DNA of 63,995 nucleotides, filler included, from Thelocarpon superellum (Eukaryota): NCBI GenBank assembly GCA_026025795.1. It is 8 parts of 8 records of this genome, joined end to end, with 100 filler letters (N's around TTAATTAATTAA, not from the genome) between each part and the next. Parts side by side here need not be neighbours in the genome. Positions count along the whole stretch, not along the records: positions 60,006 to 63,995 come from JAPEUG010000765.1; 7 more parts are not named here. One strand, 5' to 3'. Shown piece by piece: positions 60,068 to 63,995 of this stretch (position 1 is its first letter; each line of letters starts with the position of its first letter). The notes under the pieces were generated by a model. It saw only the letters and a program-made list of their open reading frames with translations, ran no database searches and was not told where the DNA came from. The position numbers and the translations under genes were made by a program.

Positions 60068-61242
60068 TCAAGCGCCCACGTCAATAGCTCCCGCACTCGT
60101 ACTGGCTCCAGGTGGCCGAGAAGCCAGCTCTAACGCTGCACCAGCTATCGAACCGTCCTGGTCTGGGCCTGCCTTGGTCTCCTCGTGCTCACGCAGGAAC
60201 CGCGCGAATTTCGACTTGGGATGATGGATGCCGCATTCCGTCTTGGCCCGACCCGCCCATCGTCCGGATCGCTCGTCTGCGCCTTCTTGGATCGGCCTTG
60301 ACGGATCGTCACGTCAGTGGCTTTTCTCTTTCGCGTGGGCAGCGAGCGGCAGGTTGGGGATGGCGGAGGACGGGGGAGAGACATACTTGGTCGAATGCCA
60401 ATCACCCACACTCTTGTACCCTCGGTCCAGCAGCTCATTGTACGGCACGTCGTGCTCGCGAACGTAAGCCTGCACTTGGGCGAACGACCAGTTGGCCAGC
60501 GGGTTGACTTTGACCAGACCGGCCTCATCGACCTCGAGGATGTCCAGATCGCCGCGTTTACCGCCTTGACTCCGACGACGACCCGTCAACACCGCTTTCA
60601 CCTGTAGCTCGGCGTAGGCGCGTTGGGCCGGCTCGACTTTGGCCACCCAGTCGTACAGGTCTTCGTTGCTCTCCCATAATCGCTCGCCGTGCTGGTGCAC
60701 AAACTCCGACGCGTTATGCACGCCGTGCGGGGTGTAGATGTGGAGGGTGAGCAAGGGGTAGCGCTGCTTCACCCGCTCCATCAACGTGTGCGTCTCGGAG
60801 AAATGGTGCAGGGTATCGAGGAAGATCAGGTCGGTGGGGGCGGAGGTGCCGACGGAGAGTCGAGAGAGCATGTCGAGTGTGACCAGGCCGGTGAGGCCGA
60901 AGGCGGTCGTCTGAAAGAGACCAGGGAGCGAGATCAGGCACCACCGGAGGATTTCTAAGCTCACCCTCGTATTAGGGCACGGTGATCTCCACGCGGCCAC
61001 GGGGAGTGGGGAAGGTGGGAGAAGGGGACAATCGGCGAATGTATACCTTCCGGTTCGAGCTGCTGCAGTTGCTGGTTCAAGAACTTGAGATGTGCCTTGG
61101 TAAAGGAGATTTCGGGAATGACCGGAGCTTTGCCGGGACTTGAGCTACCACTGGCATATCCCGACTCCAGGCCCGTGGTAAACGGCACTTGTCGCTCACG
61201 ATCCTGGTACTGGGCCTGTTCATGTTCTCGGGTCGACGCCAT
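60068..61242 (-). CDS. MET16: Phosphoadenosine phosphosulfate (PAPS) reductase
   Basis: QTTAFGLTG, IFLDTLHHF, KVEP, TGRRRSQG, GYKSVGD, and last exon ERSGRW..KTECGIH. Confidence 0.95.
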
Positions 61243-62059
61243 GATCAGTGTGTAGAGACCACTCCGTGCCCCGCCGAAGGGTATCTTCGGAAGGGAAGGA
61301 TGGGCGGGCGTGCAGATCTGCGGATGGAGGGTCTAACGAACGCAAAGAGAAAGGCAGTGACGTGAGGAACACATGTCGAGGGACGCCACGACGAAGCAAT
61401 GGAAGGCACTCAAGCCAGAAGCCCATTGGCAGTGCCGGGCTTGCCCATTAGAAATCCAAACCAGATCGCATCGGCGGGTGGGGGGGCTTGCCGGGACCGA
61501 TCGACGTCGGACTGGTGCCCTGTCAACTCGATAAAGTCATCGAAGCATTGAGCGTCTCCCGCCGAGGGCGGGAATGTAGTCATCACCACGGATCCAGTGG
61601 CAATTGCACCACGGCGGACGTATTCTGTACCGTACGCTGTGGGCGCCCAGACGGAAGTGTCCCTGCATTATCGCTGTTGATTGCGTGATCGCTCGAGCGG
61701 TTTCGGGGATGGGCTTGATCACGCCATTCACGCCAGCAGAAACTTGGCCCTAAGCTGTAGAGAGAGATGTTTGCCACCGAATGCCTCAGCCGAGGCTTAT
61801 GTCATGTTTGTTGGTGCTACCACGTGACCTGGACGAGTGGCGTCACTGACGGGACCATGGGCACCAGAATCAGGATCTCTGCTCTTCACGCCATCATTCG
61901 ATCAAGGCCCGGCTACTCATACATGCTAGAAGGACCCCCGGGCGCCACCCACCACCATGACCTCGGATGCTACCCAACCATCGGCACAGGGTATCAAACG
62001 ATCGAGCGATGCCGGACGTAGGACGCAGGACACACGACACACGACACAGGACCTCAGAC

Positions 62060-63808
62060 TCATTGCTTACCAAACTTCTCGTGAATCGCACGAATCTGCT
62101 CGCTCACGTCAGAGGGGGGCATCTGCGCCTGCCGCGCGGCGTCCTTGCTCTCGGCGTGCCCATCGTAGCTCGTCGCCGCCTTCTTGCGTCGCGCCAGCTC
62201 GTCTTCGCTCACCGGCTGACCGGTGACGCCGTCGAAGACGTCGCTGCGCTGGCTGGCCAGGCGCTTCAGGTTGTTGGCCACATCTTGCGTCGACAGATTC
62301 GTGGTCGAGTAGCGTGCATCGGCCTTGGCCCGTTGCTCTTTCCATCGCGGGTCGAGGAGCTCAACTGCGCGCACCGCATCAGTACCGGCAGCCCGTCACG
62401 GACCGAGGGGCCTTACTTCTCATGTGCTCCTCCAGCTCGGGGAAGGGAATCTGCTGCTGGCACGTCGGACACAGCGCCATCTGCACGCCCTTTCGGTTCG
62501 CCGCTTGCTGCGCCGCGCGGGGCACGTAGTCGCTGCGGATCTTCATCGGCGGTGCGCCACCCTTGGCTTCCGCCTGCGCTTGCTGGGCACGCGCACGCAC
62601 GTCATTGCGTTCGCGGATCCGTTGCGTCTCGTCGTCCTCCTCCTCGACCGCCATGGTCCTCGTCGCCACGGGCGGGGCCATGGACGGCTGCGGCAGCGGC
62701 ACGGCCGCGGGCGGCGGCGCGTAAGCGGGCTCCTGCGGCGCGTAGGGATTGTAGTAGACCTCGTCTTCCGTCGGCATCGCTTCCTCGATGCGCATGTTGT
62801 GCGGCTGCAGCGACATCATGGCCTTTTGTTCCAGCGAGGCGGACTGCAGGTCCGACAGCGAGGTGGGCACGGGGAGCTCGGCATGGTCGTCGGCGTCGGT
62901 GAAGAGCACCGTCTCGACGACGACAAAATCATGCCAGTCGATCTGCGCATACTCCATCCGTTCACGCTCGTGCTCCTCTTCCTTCTTGACCTTTTCCTGC
63001 TCCTGGAACTTGGCCCACTCCGCGCGTTCCTGCGCCCGACCGAGCGCCAGGAAGCGATCCGCGGCTTGGGCCTCGAGCGCGCGGATCCGCTCGCGTTCCG
63101 CCTTGCCCAAGCCGTCCTCGATGGGACCGATGTGTAACAGCTCGGTGTATTGATCGACCAAACGGGAGAAGAACTGGTAGAGGCTGTGGTTGGGTCGGAG
63201 GAAGTCGAACTGGTAGTTGCGCGTCTCCCGTTGCGACAGCGTCGTCATGAAGGAGCGGCCGTTCTTGGCCACGAACAAGGCCGTCAGCCGCACCACCTCC
63301 AGATCCTGCGCGCTGATGTTGGGCATGCGGGCGGAAAAGTGAAAGGGCGCGGGTTCCGCTGGTCCCTTGGGCTGCTCGGCCTCCGCCGCGGCCGCTTCAC
63401 TCACGCGACCGGCGGCCACGAGGGTCCCTCGGCCCTCGCGGATCTCCTGCAAGCGCCAGGCATAGAAGGGATAGTAAGCATCGTTGGGACTCAGGAAGGA
63501 AAAGCGGGAGTTGTGCTTCTCCTTCTCGCGGATCCGTGCTACCAGAGGTCGTCAGCCTGGCCCGTCCCATCACCCCGCCGGCCCCGAGCCCCAGGACTCA
63601 CTTTCAAAGACGGCGCCACTCCGCGACACATAGCCGGCGGTCTTTTCGAGGATCACTAGGCGACGGGTTAGTGCGGGCACGCGCCGACCGCGGTGGGGGA
63701 GCTACCTCGAATGTCTTTGGGCGGGAGCACGACGCCGGGCGGCGGTTTACTGATGGCCTCCGCGCCGACGGCCACCGCATCCTCACCGTGGACCGCAGCG
63801 GGCGCCAT
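62060..63808 (-). CDS. PRP21: Splicing factor SF3a subunit 1 (SURP domains)
   Basis: LPPKDIR|IEKTAGYV, VVRLTALFVAKNG..YQFDFLRPNHS, YAQIDWHDFVVVETV, EHMR|VELLDPRWKEQ. Confidence 0.95.
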
Positions 63809-63995
63809 GGCTGCACGGACGCCGCGAGACGAGGTGTGGGAAGAGGATGGTGCGAGAGTGAACGTGGTGAAGATGTCTTCTCGCCTCCTACGAATCGAGG
63901 CGAACGAGGATCCAATCCGATCCATCAGGCTCACTCGCCGTCGAGTGTGGCCGACCCGGCCACCGTAGAAACAAGGAACAGGGTGCGAGTGGCGT

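Overview
Eukaryotic DNA from a GC-rich filamentous ascomycete (Pezizomycotina-type genes with short GT-AG introns and CTRAY branch points). The window is not one locus. It is eight contigs joined by identical 100-nt N-spacers containing TTAATTAATTAA, and contig lengths fall monotonically (>=8550, 8540, 8486, 8464, 8453, 8408, 8404, last truncated), so adjacency across spacers is an artefact. About 27 genes or gene fragments are recognisable: a LIM protein, Fta4, a SIKE/SCI1-like coiled-coil protein, Zn2Cys6 proteins, TERT, a TBC GAP, a P450, a histidine phosphatase, CTF8, the RPS6 5' end, POP8, PP5, SPT4, SWF1, RAP1, a RING E3, CSN1, a GT34, MET16 and PRP21. The most striking observation is a complete 119-nt 5S rRNA gene, with upstream TATA-like element and poly-T terminator, nested antisense in intron 5 of TERT and bracketed by a 9-bp inverted repeat. 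Other leads: a ~2.7-kb decayed, apparently intronless reading frame that may be an endogenised mycovirus gene, a GT34 with a degenerate DxD motif fused to Hsp70-lid-like helices, a secreted aspzincin-like protein lacking HExxH, and a tandem double hairpin. Family assignments come from recalled motifs; no database search was run.
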